A DNA stretch of 49,843 nt. It comes from Planctomycetota bacterium (lineage in GTDB: Bacteria; Planctomycetota; GCA-002687715; DRQF01). Every line of letters begins with the position of its first letter. The first letter of the stretch is position 1. Positions 30,610 through 39,561 of this stretch are shown in pieces. The notes under the pieces were generated by a model. That model saw only the letters and a program-made list of their open reading frames with translations, made no database searches and had not been told where the DNA came from. Where the stretch lies: positions 1-49,843 of the forward strand of contig JAZGFI010000130.1 of assembly GCA_036479435.1 (NCBI GenBank). Direction: 5' to 3'. The translations under genes and the position numbers were made by a program.

Positions 30610-31893
30610 ATGCGTCGAACCTATTTGATCCTGTCCTTATTTGCTCTGATGCCATGTTGTCTTGCCCAACGGGAAATCGCTCAGCTTCACCTTGATCGCG
30701 CTAAGTCATTGGTGGAGTCGAAGGGCCGAGACGGGGCCTGTTACGAATTTTTCTTGGCCGAGTGCGCGAATCGTGAAACCACTGACGCGCTTGAGTCCGC
30801 GAACTTCCAAAAGGCGCTAGATGAATTTGGGCCTGGGGTCGATCCCCTGTTTTCGCAACGCAAGAAAGTCAACCTTAGTCTGGTCAGAGAGCTTCAAGAG
30901 CTTGTGAAGCATCTCTTGTCCAAGCGTTGTGTTGATGCCGCTGAAATACTTGTGGAGCGAATGATGCCCGTGGCCCCGGAGGCGATGGAGAAGCTCCAAG
31001 TTGGTCGCATGCGCTCCGGAAAACGCATTCCCATTCAGGTGCTTCCGATTGCGGATGCACGGGTAGTCAATTGCCTCGTCCTCCAGAATATTGGCTTCCT
31101 TAATAAGGGCAACGTTGTCGGCGAGGAGTGCCTTCGCTCTATGGAATTCACAAATCGAGCGGCTCAGTCTGTTCTCCCGATCGCTAAGAGCTACCAGAAG
31201 AAAAGGATGCCTCGCAGTGCAGCTTGGATTGCGCGAATTGCCATGGGCCTCGATCCTGAAACGAAGAAAAGTCTCGCATCGATTCTCAAAGCGGCTGACA
31301 AGTCATCGATGAGAGCTTGGAGCAAACAACACGCCAATAGAGTGATGGCGCAGCTGAAGGCGCGGAAAATCGAAAGTGGTGTACTCAAGCGATGGAAGTT
31401 GGGTCGCGGTAAGATTAGCTCACCAAGTTCGACGAAGGCCGGTGACTCGGTCTTTCTGACTTGGGGCGAAGTCTTTCAGGAGGCGAGTTTCAGTGTCCAA
31501 CATCACAAGCGAAACATTGAGATCATCTTGGGTACTGAAAACCCAAGCGAATCTTACCGTCTGCAACTAGAGCCGCCTTTGATCGGAGCTTCGTGGTACC
31601 TGCATGTCTATCGGCCCGGCGAGACCAAGTCGTTGTCTGACGCCCGTTTCAAGTATCAGCAGGGCGAGCGAATCCCCATTCGTTTGTTTTTTCGTAGCGG
31701 TACGCTCCACGCTTGGATCGGCTCGACCTACGTTGCGGTGCCGATGACGCTGCCGGCAAGAACTCACTTCGGTTTTCGGGTCTCGCAGCGCGCACCTACG
31801 ATGAGCACTCATCCGAGAACAAAAAAGCGAGTTCAGTCTCGGAAGACCGAGCCGATTAGGGTCTTTGAACTCAACACGGTGTTTGAGAACTAG
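30610..31893 (+). CDS. Hypothetical secreted protein (helical N-terminus, beta-rich C-terminus)
   Basis: 427-aa ORF with a signal peptide; no family recognised. Confidence 0.6.
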   Translation: MRRTYLILSLFALMPCCLAQREIAQLHLDRAKSLVESKGRDGACYEFFLAECANRETTDALESANFQKALDEFGPGVDPLFSQRKKVNLSLVRELQELVKHLLSKRCVDAAEILVERMMPVAPEAMEKLQVGRMRSGKRIPIQVLPIADARVVNCLVLQNIGFLNKGNVVGEECLRSMEFTNRAAQSVLPIAKSYQKKRMPRSAAWIARIAMGLDPETKKSLASILKAADKSSMRAWSKQHANRVMAQLKARKIESGVLKRWKLGRGKISSPSSTKAGDSVFLTWGEVFQEASFSVQHHKRNIEIILGTENPSESYRLQLEPPLIGASWYLHVYRPGETKSLSDARFKYQQGERIPIRLFFRSGTLHAWIGSTYVAVPMTLPARTHFGFRVSQRAPTMSTHPRTKKRVQSRKTEPIRVFELNTVFEN

Positions 31894-32023
31894 CCTGTGG
31901 TTGCCGAAGTCCCTGAGTCGGGCCCCACAAGTCGTCAAGCGAACAAGACAACGTTAGCCTGAGTTCCGTCTACCTTCGCGATTGACTCCAGCCCTCCTCC
32001 CTGCTCGCCTAAAAGGCCCGTAC

Positions 32024-33490
32024 TTAGATTGTCATGTCTCTAAGCAACTCGGATAGTTTCGCGGCATTGGCTCGGCCTTGGCTTTGGCGCATGGCCCAGC
32101 CTACAAGGGCGTGTTGGGCCGGTTGAGTTCCGCTTTTGAGAGCTTCCCAGGTGTCGGGGTTGGCGTCGATGGACTGTCTTAGGAGTTCGCGGAGTTGGTC
32201 GGGATCGTTGAGCTGTAAGAGGTCTAGGGTCTTGGCGAGGTCCTGAGGACTGGCGGTTGATGAGCGCAGTTCGTCGAAAAGGGTATGGGCGGCGTCTTGG
32301 CTAATGAGGCCTTCGGTGGTCATGTTGATCAGCTCGGCCACGATGGTGGGAGTTGGTCGGATGGGAGCTATGGCCTCGGCGGAATTTGCGGCGGCATTGA
32401 GATGAGGAGCGGCCTTGAGGGCCGGGAGGACTTTGGCGATGACCCAGTTCGCAGCCTTTTTGGCTGAGGAAATGAGGTTAGTGAGTTCTTCGAAGTAGTT
32501 TGCGGCGCTGGCGTTTTGGACGAGCTGCTGGGCGTCTTTGGCGGAGAGGCCCAGTTGTGATTGGTAGCGCTTGAAGCGCGGACCGGGCAGCTCGGGGAGT
32601 TGGGCTTTTGTCTCTTCGATCCAAGCCTTGGCGATGCGGAAGCGGGGAAGGTCAGGGTCGGGGAAGTAGCGGTAGTCGGCGGAACTTTCTTTGCGACGCA
32701 TAGAACGGCTTTCGCCCGCCTCGTCGTCCCAGGTGCGCGATTCTTCCGCCCCGATGCCTTTGGATGTGTCGTAGAGGGCAGCTTGGCGTTTTTGCTCGTA
32801 CTCGATGGCTCGCTTGATCATGCGATTAGAGTTGAGGTTTTTGAGCTCGATTTTGCGACCGAGCGTGGTGCTACCTTTCGGTTTGAGGCTGATGTTGACG
32901 TCGCAGCGGAGGCTGCCCTTTTCCATATCGCAGTCGCTGGCGCCGATGTAACGGAGGATGAGTCTTAGTTCGCGAAGGTAGTCGAGCGCCATGTCGGCGG
33001 AGTGAATGCTGGGGGTGGTAACGATTTCTAAAAGAGGGACGCCGCAACGGTTGAGGTCGATGAGGGTGCCTTCATCTTTGTTGCCGTGCAGGCTCTTGCC
33101 CGAGTCCTCTTCGAGGTGGGCGCGCAGGATGTGGACGGTCTCGCCAGCTTGGCCGAAACTTAGATCGAGGTGGCCGTCGAAATGACTCGGCGTCTCAAAC
33201 TGCGTGATTTGGTAGGCCTTGGGCAGGTCGGGATAAAAGTATTGTTTGCGATCGAAACGCAAGGTCTCGGCGATACGGCATTGAAGAGCCAAGCCCACCC
33301 GGAGGCCGAGCCGAAAGGCCTCGCGGTTGGCGACGGGTAAGGCTCCTGGGAGACCCAAGCAGGAGGGGCAAGTCTGGGAATTGGGTGGGGCACCGAAGTG
33401 GTACGCACACCCGCAAAACATCTTGGTTCGTGTCTTGAGCTGGACGTGAGCTTCGAGGCCGATGACGGTGTCGTAGCGCTTGTCGATCAC
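32024..33490 (-). CDS. gatB: Asp/Glu-tRNA amidotransferase subunit B
   Basis: IGLEAHVQL, YFYPDLPK, HLEED, GSLRCDVNIS and DYRYFPDPDL. Start at GTG 33490 overlaps the gatA stop. Confidence 0.97.
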   Translation of the reverse strand: MIDKRYDTVIGLEAHVQLKTRTKMFCGCAYHFGAPPNSQTCPSCLGLPGALPVANREAFRLGLRVGLALQCRIAETLRFDRKQYFYPDLPKAYQITQFETPSHFDGHLDLSFGQAGETVHILRAHLEEDSGKSLHGNKDEGTLIDLNRCGVPLLEIVTTPSIHSADMALDYLRELRLILRYIGASDCDMEKGSLRCDVNISLKPKGSTTLGRKIELKNLNSNRMIKRAIEYEQKRQAALYDTSKGIGAEESRTWDDEAGESRSMRRKESSADYRYFPDPDLPRFRIAKAWIEETKAQLPELPGPRFKRYQSQLGLSAKDAQQLVQNASAANYFEELTNLISSAKKAANWVIAKVLPALKAAPHLNAAANSAEAIAPIRPTPTIVAELINMTTEGLISQDAAHTLFDELRSSTASPQDLAKTLDLLQLNDPDQLRELLRQSIDANPDTWEALKSGTQPAQHALVGWAMRQSQGRANAAKLSELLRDMTI

Positions 33491-34968
33491 AGTCTTGGCG
33501 ACTCGCGATGAAAGCCGCCGATCATTTCCCAAGCCGTGGCGAGTCGCAGGATCAAAGCCTCCTCAAAGGGCTTGGCGATGATCTGTAGACCAATGGGGAG
33601 GCGTTGTTCGTTTTCGACGGCAAACCCTGCGGGAACACTGGCTCCCGGAAGACCGGCCAGATTTAGGGAGACCGTGAGCACATCGCTCAGATACATCGCG
33701 AGGGGATCATTGCGCAAAGAACCGAGCTTGAAGGGCAAGATCGGCGCGGTTGGTCCCAAGATGAGGTCGCACTCATCGAAAGCGGTCGCGAAGTCGTTTC
33801 GCAACAGCGTTCGTACGCGAAGGGCCTTGTCGTAATAGTCGGCGTAGGAGTCGGAGGAAAGGCAGAAGGTGCCAAGCATAAGCCGGCGTTTCACTTCGGG
33901 CCCGAAACCCAAACTTCGAGACTGCGCGTAGACTTCGTCGAGGGTTTGCGCGGCTTCAGCCCGTCGTCCGTACCCGATTCCGTCGTAGCGAGCGAGGTTG
34001 CTGCTCGCCTCTGAGGTCGCAATGACGTAGTAGGCCGGGATGGCATAAGGCGTGTGGGGCAAATTGACGTCGACAAGTTCGGCGCCTGCGTCGCGGAGGC
34101 GCTGACAGGCTGACATGATCTGAGCCTCGATCGCGGGGTTGATTCCCTCGCCAAAAAACTCGCGAGGAAGCCCCAATCGCAAACCTTTGAGGTCTAAGGG
34201 GCTCAGCTCGTCGAGGCCAAAAGCGGGCCGTGTCGATGAGCTGCTGTCACCTTGGTCATGCCCCGAAATCACCGCCAAGATCGCAGCAGCGTCGGCGGCA
34301 GAGCGGGTCAAGGGCCCTATTTGTTCCAAAGACGAAGCGTAGGCGATCAGGCCTCGCCGCGAAACGCGACCGTAGCTGGGTTTTAGTCCAGTAATCCCGC
34401 AAAAAGCTGCGGGCTGCCGGATGGAGCCTCCGGTGTCCGAACCCAATGCGGCGGCGCACATGCGGGCGGCCACCGCCGCCGCCGAACCTCCGCTCGAACC
34501 GCCCGGAGTGCGGGATGGCGACCAGGGATTGCGCGTGATACCGAACGATGAGTTCTCAGTGGAGGACCCCATGCCAAATTCATCCATGTTGGTGCGGCCG
34601 ATCAAGAGCGCGTCAGCCGCTTCTAAGCGTTCGATGACCTCGGCGCTGTAGGGAGGCCGAAAATTCTGAAGGAAGGCGCTTCCGCAGCTTGTAGGTTGGC
34701 CCTTGATACAGATATTGTCTTTGATCGCGATGGGGACTCCGGCGAGCGGTCCCAAGGGGCGACCGTCTTGCCGTTTGCGGTCAATTTCTCGAGCACGATC
34801 ATGAACTCCGTCCACGATCGACAAAAAAGCACCGTACTTGGCGTCGTGTTTTCGAATCTGCTCGAGGTGAGCCTCAAGAATCTGGACGGCCGTCCAGGTC
34901 CCCCGGTGGAGCCCTAAGGATAGGTCGACGACGCCAGCGTCAATAAGGTCAAACGGAGAAGGGTTCAA
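33487..34968 (-). CDS. gatA: Asp/Glu-tRNA amidotransferase subunit A
   Basis: Amidase signature KDNI, GGSSGGSAAAV, GSDTGGSIRQPA and EVKRRLMLG. Confidence 0.97.
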   Translation of the reverse strand: MNPSPFDLIDAGVVDLSLGLHRGTWTAVQILEAHLEQIRKHDAKYGAFLSIVDGVHDRAREIDRKRQDGRPLGPLAGVPIAIKDNICIKGQPTSCGSAFLQNFRPPYSAEVIERLEAADALLIGRTNMDEFGMGSSTENSSFGITRNPWSPSRTPGGSSGGSAAAVAARMCAAALGSDTGGSIRQPAAFCGITGLKPSYGRVSRRGLIAYASSLEQIGPLTRSAADAAAILAVISGHDQGDSSSSTRPAFGLDELSPLDLKGLRLGLPREFFGEGINPAIEAQIMSACQRLRDAGAELVDVNLPHTPYAIPAYYVIATSEASSNLARYDGIGYGRRAEAAQTLDEVYAQSRSLGFGPEVKRRLMLGTFCLSSDSYADYYDKALRVRTLLRNDFATAFDECDLILGPTAPILPFKLGSLRNDPLAMYLSDVLTVSLNLAGLPGASVPAGFAVENEQRLPIGLQIIAKPFEEALILRLATAWEMIGGFHRESPRL

Positions 34969-35252
34969 CGTGTTTTTGGCACGCGAAAATAGGGGCCGCT
35001 GCGAAGGGCTGCGTTGCCAAGGGCATCGTCTAAGCTGAGGCAGGGGACTGGGTCATCCTCGCGAAAGAGGTTCTCGTCACTGCTCAGATAAACCAGTGGA
35101 TCTACCGAATTCGTATCGACTTCCGCCAACTTGAGAAAATGTCCCAGAATCTTGGCCATCTGCTCGCTGAAGACTCCGATTTCCTCGTCCGTCAGCTCGA
35201 TCTTTGCCAGAGCTGCCACCCGCTTGATCTCGGCGCGATCGATCTTGCTCAT
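34965..35252 (-). CDS. gatC: Asp/Glu-tRNA amidotransferase subunit C
   Basis: 95 aa with VAALAKI, FRED and YFRVPK; first gene of gatCAB. Confidence 0.95.
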   Translation of the reverse strand: MSKIDRAEIKRVAALAKIELTDEEIGVFSEQMAKILGHFLKLAEVDTNSVDPLVYLSSDENLFREDDPVPCLSLDDALGNAALRSGPYFRVPKTR

Positions 35253-35367
35253 CTCTTTGCTCCCAATTCTCCTGGTTTGTCATAGCTTACCCCAAGGTTC
35301 GCGATAGGTGGGAATTGACAGCTATCCTCCGCCGTGTTCAGATTCCGCAGCTGCAACAGGAGGGAGC

Positions 35368-35889
35368 ATGAGCCAATTCGACGTTGAGTTTTTGAGTTTG
35401 GCACTTGCGACCGTGGGGCTTTTCTTCATTTGTTGCGCTGTCCTACAAAAAAAACCGAAGCACGTCCTGGCCGAGCTCTTCGGCGTCAACAAACGTGGTC
35501 TGCGCGATCTGAAGTCATCGGTGTTCAAGCGCAATCAGGTGGTCATGGGTTTTCTGTGCGTGGTCATGGCGATCGTCGTGGATGTTTTCATCGCCCCGGC
35601 TCCTGACGCCGATGGCATTCTTGAGGACTTGTCGCCCGGCGCGAAAGTCCTGGCGCTCATCGCCTTTTTGGTAGCACTCTGCGGAATCCTGAACTACCTA
35701 TCGCGTCTTTGGAGCAAGGCGGCGTTCAAGCGCCTCGTGTTCGAGGTGGTGACCGAGTATCAGTGGCCTTTCGAAGAGAACATGGTGTTGACTAAAGAGA
35801 TCGGCAAGCTGTTGGGCGTTCCCCAAAGTGACGATGATACCGTCGAAGCCTATGTCGCGCGCATTCGCAAGCACCTCAAGATCCCCTAG
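35368..35889 (+). CDS. Hypothetical membrane protein (3 TM)
   Basis: GGAGG RBS before ATG 35368; three hydrophobic segments. Confidence 0.7.
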   Translation: MSQFDVEFLSLALATVGLFFICCAVLQKKPKHVLAELFGVNKRGLRDLKSSVFKRNQVVMGFLCVVMAIVVDVFIAPAPDADGILEDLSPGAKVLALIAFLVALCGILNYLSRLWSKAAFKRLVFEVVTEYQWPFEENMVLTKEIGKLLGVPQSDDDTVEAYVARIRKHLKIP

Positions 35890-36001
35890 GAAGTTTCCGA
35901 GAATTCGAGTCACCCAAGTCGTTCTCGATTCGGCTAAGAGGGGAAGAGGACGGTGGTGTCGCTGTCCGCGGACTTTCCGAAATTCTGGACTCTCTCATCT
36001 T

Positions 36002-36766
36002 ATGGGCCTACCCTTGTGGTCTTTCGGTCGAAACCTCGGCCTTGGTATTCTCGAACTTCTTCAGCCTTCTTTCTGTGTCCTTTGCGGACCTTTGGTCGCA
36101 GAAGAAGATTGGCCTTTTTTGTGCCGGTCCTGCGGCGACGAGTGGATTCAGGAGTCGAATGAACTTGGAGCACATTGTCGGGTCTGCGCTGCGGCACTTG
36201 ATGTCGATCTTCAAGAAGATGGGCGTTGTCTTGGATGTCGGAGAAAACGACCGTCGTATTCAGACCTACGAGCGCTCGCCGAGTACGACGGCAAGACCGC
36301 GGAGTTAGTGGCCGCTCTCAAGTATCGCGGAATGGCCGCAGCCGCGCGACCGCTGGCCTTGGGGCTTGCCTTTTTGGAAGCGGCTCGCCTGCAGGATAGC
36401 GACCTGCCAAAGGCCAACCTCATCGTCCCGATTCCTCTGGATCGGGCGCGATTGCGGACCCGAGGTTTTAACCAAGCCACTCTTATTGCGGCGCGCCTCG
36501 CCGCCGTCCACGACGCGGTCTTGGACGAGAAAGCTCTGTACCGAAAACGTAGGAGTGCGCCCCAAGTCGGTCGCAGCGCATTTGAGCGCAGGAGACTCTC
36601 GGCGTCGCGCTTTAAGGCCTGCGCCCGCCGAGTTGGCGGGCGCAGAATTCTACTTGTGGACGATGTCGTAACGACCGGCGCCACTTTAAGAGCTGGGGCT
36701 ACTGCATTGAAGCGGGCCGGGGCGATCGACGTGCAAGCGATTGTCGTCGCCCGAACGCCGATCTAA
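36002..36766 (+). CDS. ComF-family protein (zinc ribbon plus phosphoribosyltransferase domain)
   Basis: Four CxxC motifs, LKY.G, RGFNQA and LLVDDVVTTGAT. The start is approximate. Confidence 0.9.
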   Translation: MGLPLWSFGRNLGLGILELLQPSFCVLCGPLVAEEDWPFLCRSCGDEWIQESNELGAHCRVCAAALDVDLQEDGRCLGCRRKRPSYSDLRALAEYDGKTAELVAALKYRGMAAAARPLALGLAFLEAARLQDSDLPKANLIVPIPLDRARLRTRGFNQATLIAARLAAVHDAVLDEKALYRKRRSAPQVGRSAFERRRLSASRFKACARRVGGRRILLVDDVVTTGATLRAGATALKRAGAIDVQAIVVARTPI

Positions 36767-36774
36767 GTCTTGGG

Positions 36775-39288
36775 CTAGGGTCCGCCCGCGCTACCCACGT
36801 CGCCTTCGGGCTCGTAGTTGAGAACCTCCATGAAGACAGAGTTAGTGGCGACGAGGGCTTCGTCACAATTGAAGTCCTTGTAGATCCCCTGGGTGAAGTC
36901 GGCGGCGTTGGCGTAGCGCCGCGGATCATTGTCAATCTCTGTTGGCCCCAAGGCCTCAAGGAATCGGCCCTGCGGTGTCGCTCCCAGTTCGACGTAGAGT
37001 GCGGTGTGGACGCCGGCGTCCGCCTCGAATGCAAGGAAAGGCCCGGTTTGTCCGAGTAGGCCGAAGTTCTCGATGAGTCCGTCCAAGGGGTTTTTGAACT
37101 TGTCATTGAACAGCGCGTAGAGGCTGATGCCACCGGGGACCGGGTAGACCGCAGCGTGAGCCGCATTGGAAGCCGGTGTGAAGTTCATGTACTTGACATG
37201 ACCCAAAACCGTTTCTGAAGTGCTGAGCCCGGCCCAAGGAGTTGGCGTCCAGGGACTCGCCGAAAAACTGAGGTTCGGGAGCAGTTTGTTGACGAGATTG
37301 TTGTAGTAACGTGATGCTTGACCAACAGCGTAGGCCAAGGCCAGGTGGTTATTGCGCCAAGACCGATCGTTGCGGAAATCGTGGGCGCTGGGAACGGTCT
37401 CGGGAAACCGGAAGTTGACGTCGTGATGACGAATGCCGTAGGCCTTGAGTTTCTTGAGACCTCTCTGGTAGAAACCGAACATCAACAAGCTGACGACGGC
37501 CTCGGCAGATTCGACATCGGCGTCCATATCCCAGCGAAACATCATCCTAAGGATGTCTCGCACTTCAGCGTTGTTGGACAGCCTTGAGTTCCCCATGGCG
37601 ATCGGGACGAGAGGCCGTACGCCGCGCCACCACAAGTCAATCGTGTCGATGCTGATTTCCTCAGCTTCTTGGATCGTGAAGGGGCCTGAGCCCAGTCGGA
37701 GGAGTTCGTGAGCTCGAATCTGGCGATAGGGGACCGGTAGCCCCTTGTGCACCATGTATTGCGGATAGTCATCTAAATCGATGGTCGGCACCGGCCGGAC
37801 GTAGTCTGCGCGGGCGTTGCACTGAATCCAGACGTCATTCAAGCCGCTCACCGGGGCTACGATGGAGCCACCCGGCTGAAACTCAAAGGGGAGGTCGGAA
37901 GCGGGGTGGATGGAGTGCCAGCGGAGGAAACTTTTCGTGCCGTCCTGCACCTCACTCCAGGTTGTACCAGGCTGTGGGTTGCCACGAATGGGAACTCGAC
38001 CAGCCCACAAGTAGCCCTTTGCACCGTTGTTGTCGCCGATCAAGAAGTTGGAATAGGTCACGGCATTTTCGTTCATGAGAAGTGCCGTGGCTGTAGCGAC
38101 AGTTGCCGAGCGACCGAGGCCGATGAAAGTGGTCCAAATGGACGGCGCCGACGTGAATGAGGCCTTGCCGTACCAAATGGAGTCATCGCCGTTTTTGTCT
38201 GGACCTTCGCGAAGAATCGGCAGATCGAAATGGCCGGCGTAGGCGATTTCGATGATCTGTTGTCCCAGCGTCCCGGCGTCGAAATCCCACACTCCGATAG
38301 TTTTGGGTATTCGGAGGACGGGTCGGGTTCCACTGTCGTAGGGATAAGAGTCGACAGCCCCGGAGATTAGGGGAGCCTTGTAGGCGTCGAAACTATCGGG
38401 GCTGTTAGTGGTAACGGCCCAAGCCATCGAATTGTTGTAGCCGATCGCAATACAGGGCCAGGCGGGAAAACTGATTCCGCAGACAGAAATGCCAGGTCCG
38501 GTGATCTGAGCGAAGTAGGAGCGGTACTGCGTTTCCAGTTGAAGACCGAGGTGCGGGTCGATCATGAGGATCTGGTTGCCGGAGCTGCTGGCGCTTTCGC
38601 CGATCAACCAACTGTTGGAAGCGTTGCTGATCAACTCTTCGCTAGCATTCTCATCTTCCGATTCAGCGAGACCCTGTAGCCCAAACATGGCCGTGTTGCC
38701 GTTGATCTGAATGCCGTGGCAGATGACATCGTGAACGGTGACTTTGCGCGACAAAAGGCGGGTGATTTCGTCTAAGTCGAGTGCGATTGGAGATGTGTTG
38801 TTGGCAAGGGCGCTGGCATTAGTCAGCCACTCAAGGCGGGCCTTGTTGATTCCGGCTACATAGGCCGTGATCATGCCGCGAACGTAGGGCGACAGTGTTG
38901 GCATGAGGGCGGTGGCACGCAGCGGAATGCGCCACAGCCAAGTGCGGCGATCTCCAGCGATATTGAAACCAGGTTGGCTACCGGAAAAAGCACCTCTACC
39001 CCGGTAGGCTGCCAGTTCTCCGGCAGCTCCCGCAAAGTTGATCGAGGTGCTGACGGGCAGGTCCATCATTTGGGCGCGCCCAAAAGCACAAAATGCTGCG
39101 GCGTCGGTAGTACCAAAAAAATGGGGCGCAAACTGCGGATCGCGATAGATCGTGACCGGCTCTGGCGGAGGAGAGGTTCCGCCTCCTCCGCTCTGTGCGC
39201 AAAGCGGGCTCGCTATTGCCATGGCAAAGATGATGATGGCCAAGGCGACTCCAAGGCTTGAAAAAGAAATCGGAAAACTGCGGCTCAT
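36775..39288 (-). CDS. Secreted penicillin-acylase-family Ntn hydrolase
   Basis: Signal peptide, VTIYRD...PH, spacer, then nucleophile motif A-SNSW, DPHL and IGYN...WAVT. Confidence 0.85.
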   Translation of the reverse strand: MSRSFPISFSSLGVALAIIIFAMAIASPLCAQSGGGGTSPPPEPVTIYRDPQFAPHFFGTTDAAAFCAFGRAQMMDLPVSTSINFAGAAGELAAYRGRGAFSGSQPGFNIAGDRRTWLWRIPLRATALMPTLSPYVRGMITAYVAGINKARLEWLTNASALANNTSPIALDLDEITRLLSRKVTVHDVICHGIQINGNTAMFGLQGLAESEDENASEELISNASNSWLIGESASSSGNQILMIDPHLGLQLETQYRSYFAQITGPGISVCGISFPAWPCIAIGYNNSMAWAVTTNSPDSFDAYKAPLISGAVDSYPYDSGTRPVLRIPKTIGVWDFDAGTLGQQIIEIAYAGHFDLPILREGPDKNGDDSIWYGKASFTSAPSIWTTFIGLGRSATVATATALLMNENAVTYSNFLIGDNNGAKGYLWAGRVPIRGNPQPGTTWSEVQDGTKSFLRWHSIHPASDLPFEFQPGGSIVAPVSGLNDVWIQCNARADYVRPVPTIDLDDYPQYMVHKGLPVPYRQIRAHELLRLGSGPFTIQEAEEISIDTIDLWWRGVRPLVPIAMGNSRLSNNAEVRDILRMMFRWDMDADVESAEAVVSLLMFGFYQRGLKKLKAYGIRHHDVNFRFPETVPSAHDFRNDRSWRNNHLALAYAVGQASRYYNNLVNKLLPNLSFSASPWTPTPWAGLSTSETVLGHVKYMNFTPASNAAHAAVYPVPGGISLYALFNDKFKNPLDGLIENFGLLGQTGPFLAFEADAGVHTALYVELGATPQGRFLEALGPTEIDNDPRRYANAADFTQGIYKDFNCDEALVATNSVFMEVLNYEPEGDVGSAGGP

Positions 39289-39561
39289 GGTGCTCTCCTC
39301 TTCTCAGTTGGACCGAACTGGTCCGGATGGTGAATAACTCGCTGCGCCGCCCCGAAAAATCTTGAAGATTCACGGTGCGCGTTGAGTCTCGGTCTTGCCG
39401 TGGAGACGCCAGCTGGGAGATCAGTTGTCTGCAAGTTTTGGTAAAAGCCTGATCGTCACTTGGTGGCGCTCCCCGGGGTGCCAAACAAATCAATGCTTGG
39501 CTCTCTCAGTGGCTACCGATAATCAGACCCTAGTTATCTGCGAGGGAATCGCCAAGCGATT

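Noticed and set aside
35828..36001. N-terminal extension of the ComF-family ORF
   Set aside because: It overlaps the upstream gene and precedes the family-like region; a later start is more plausible.
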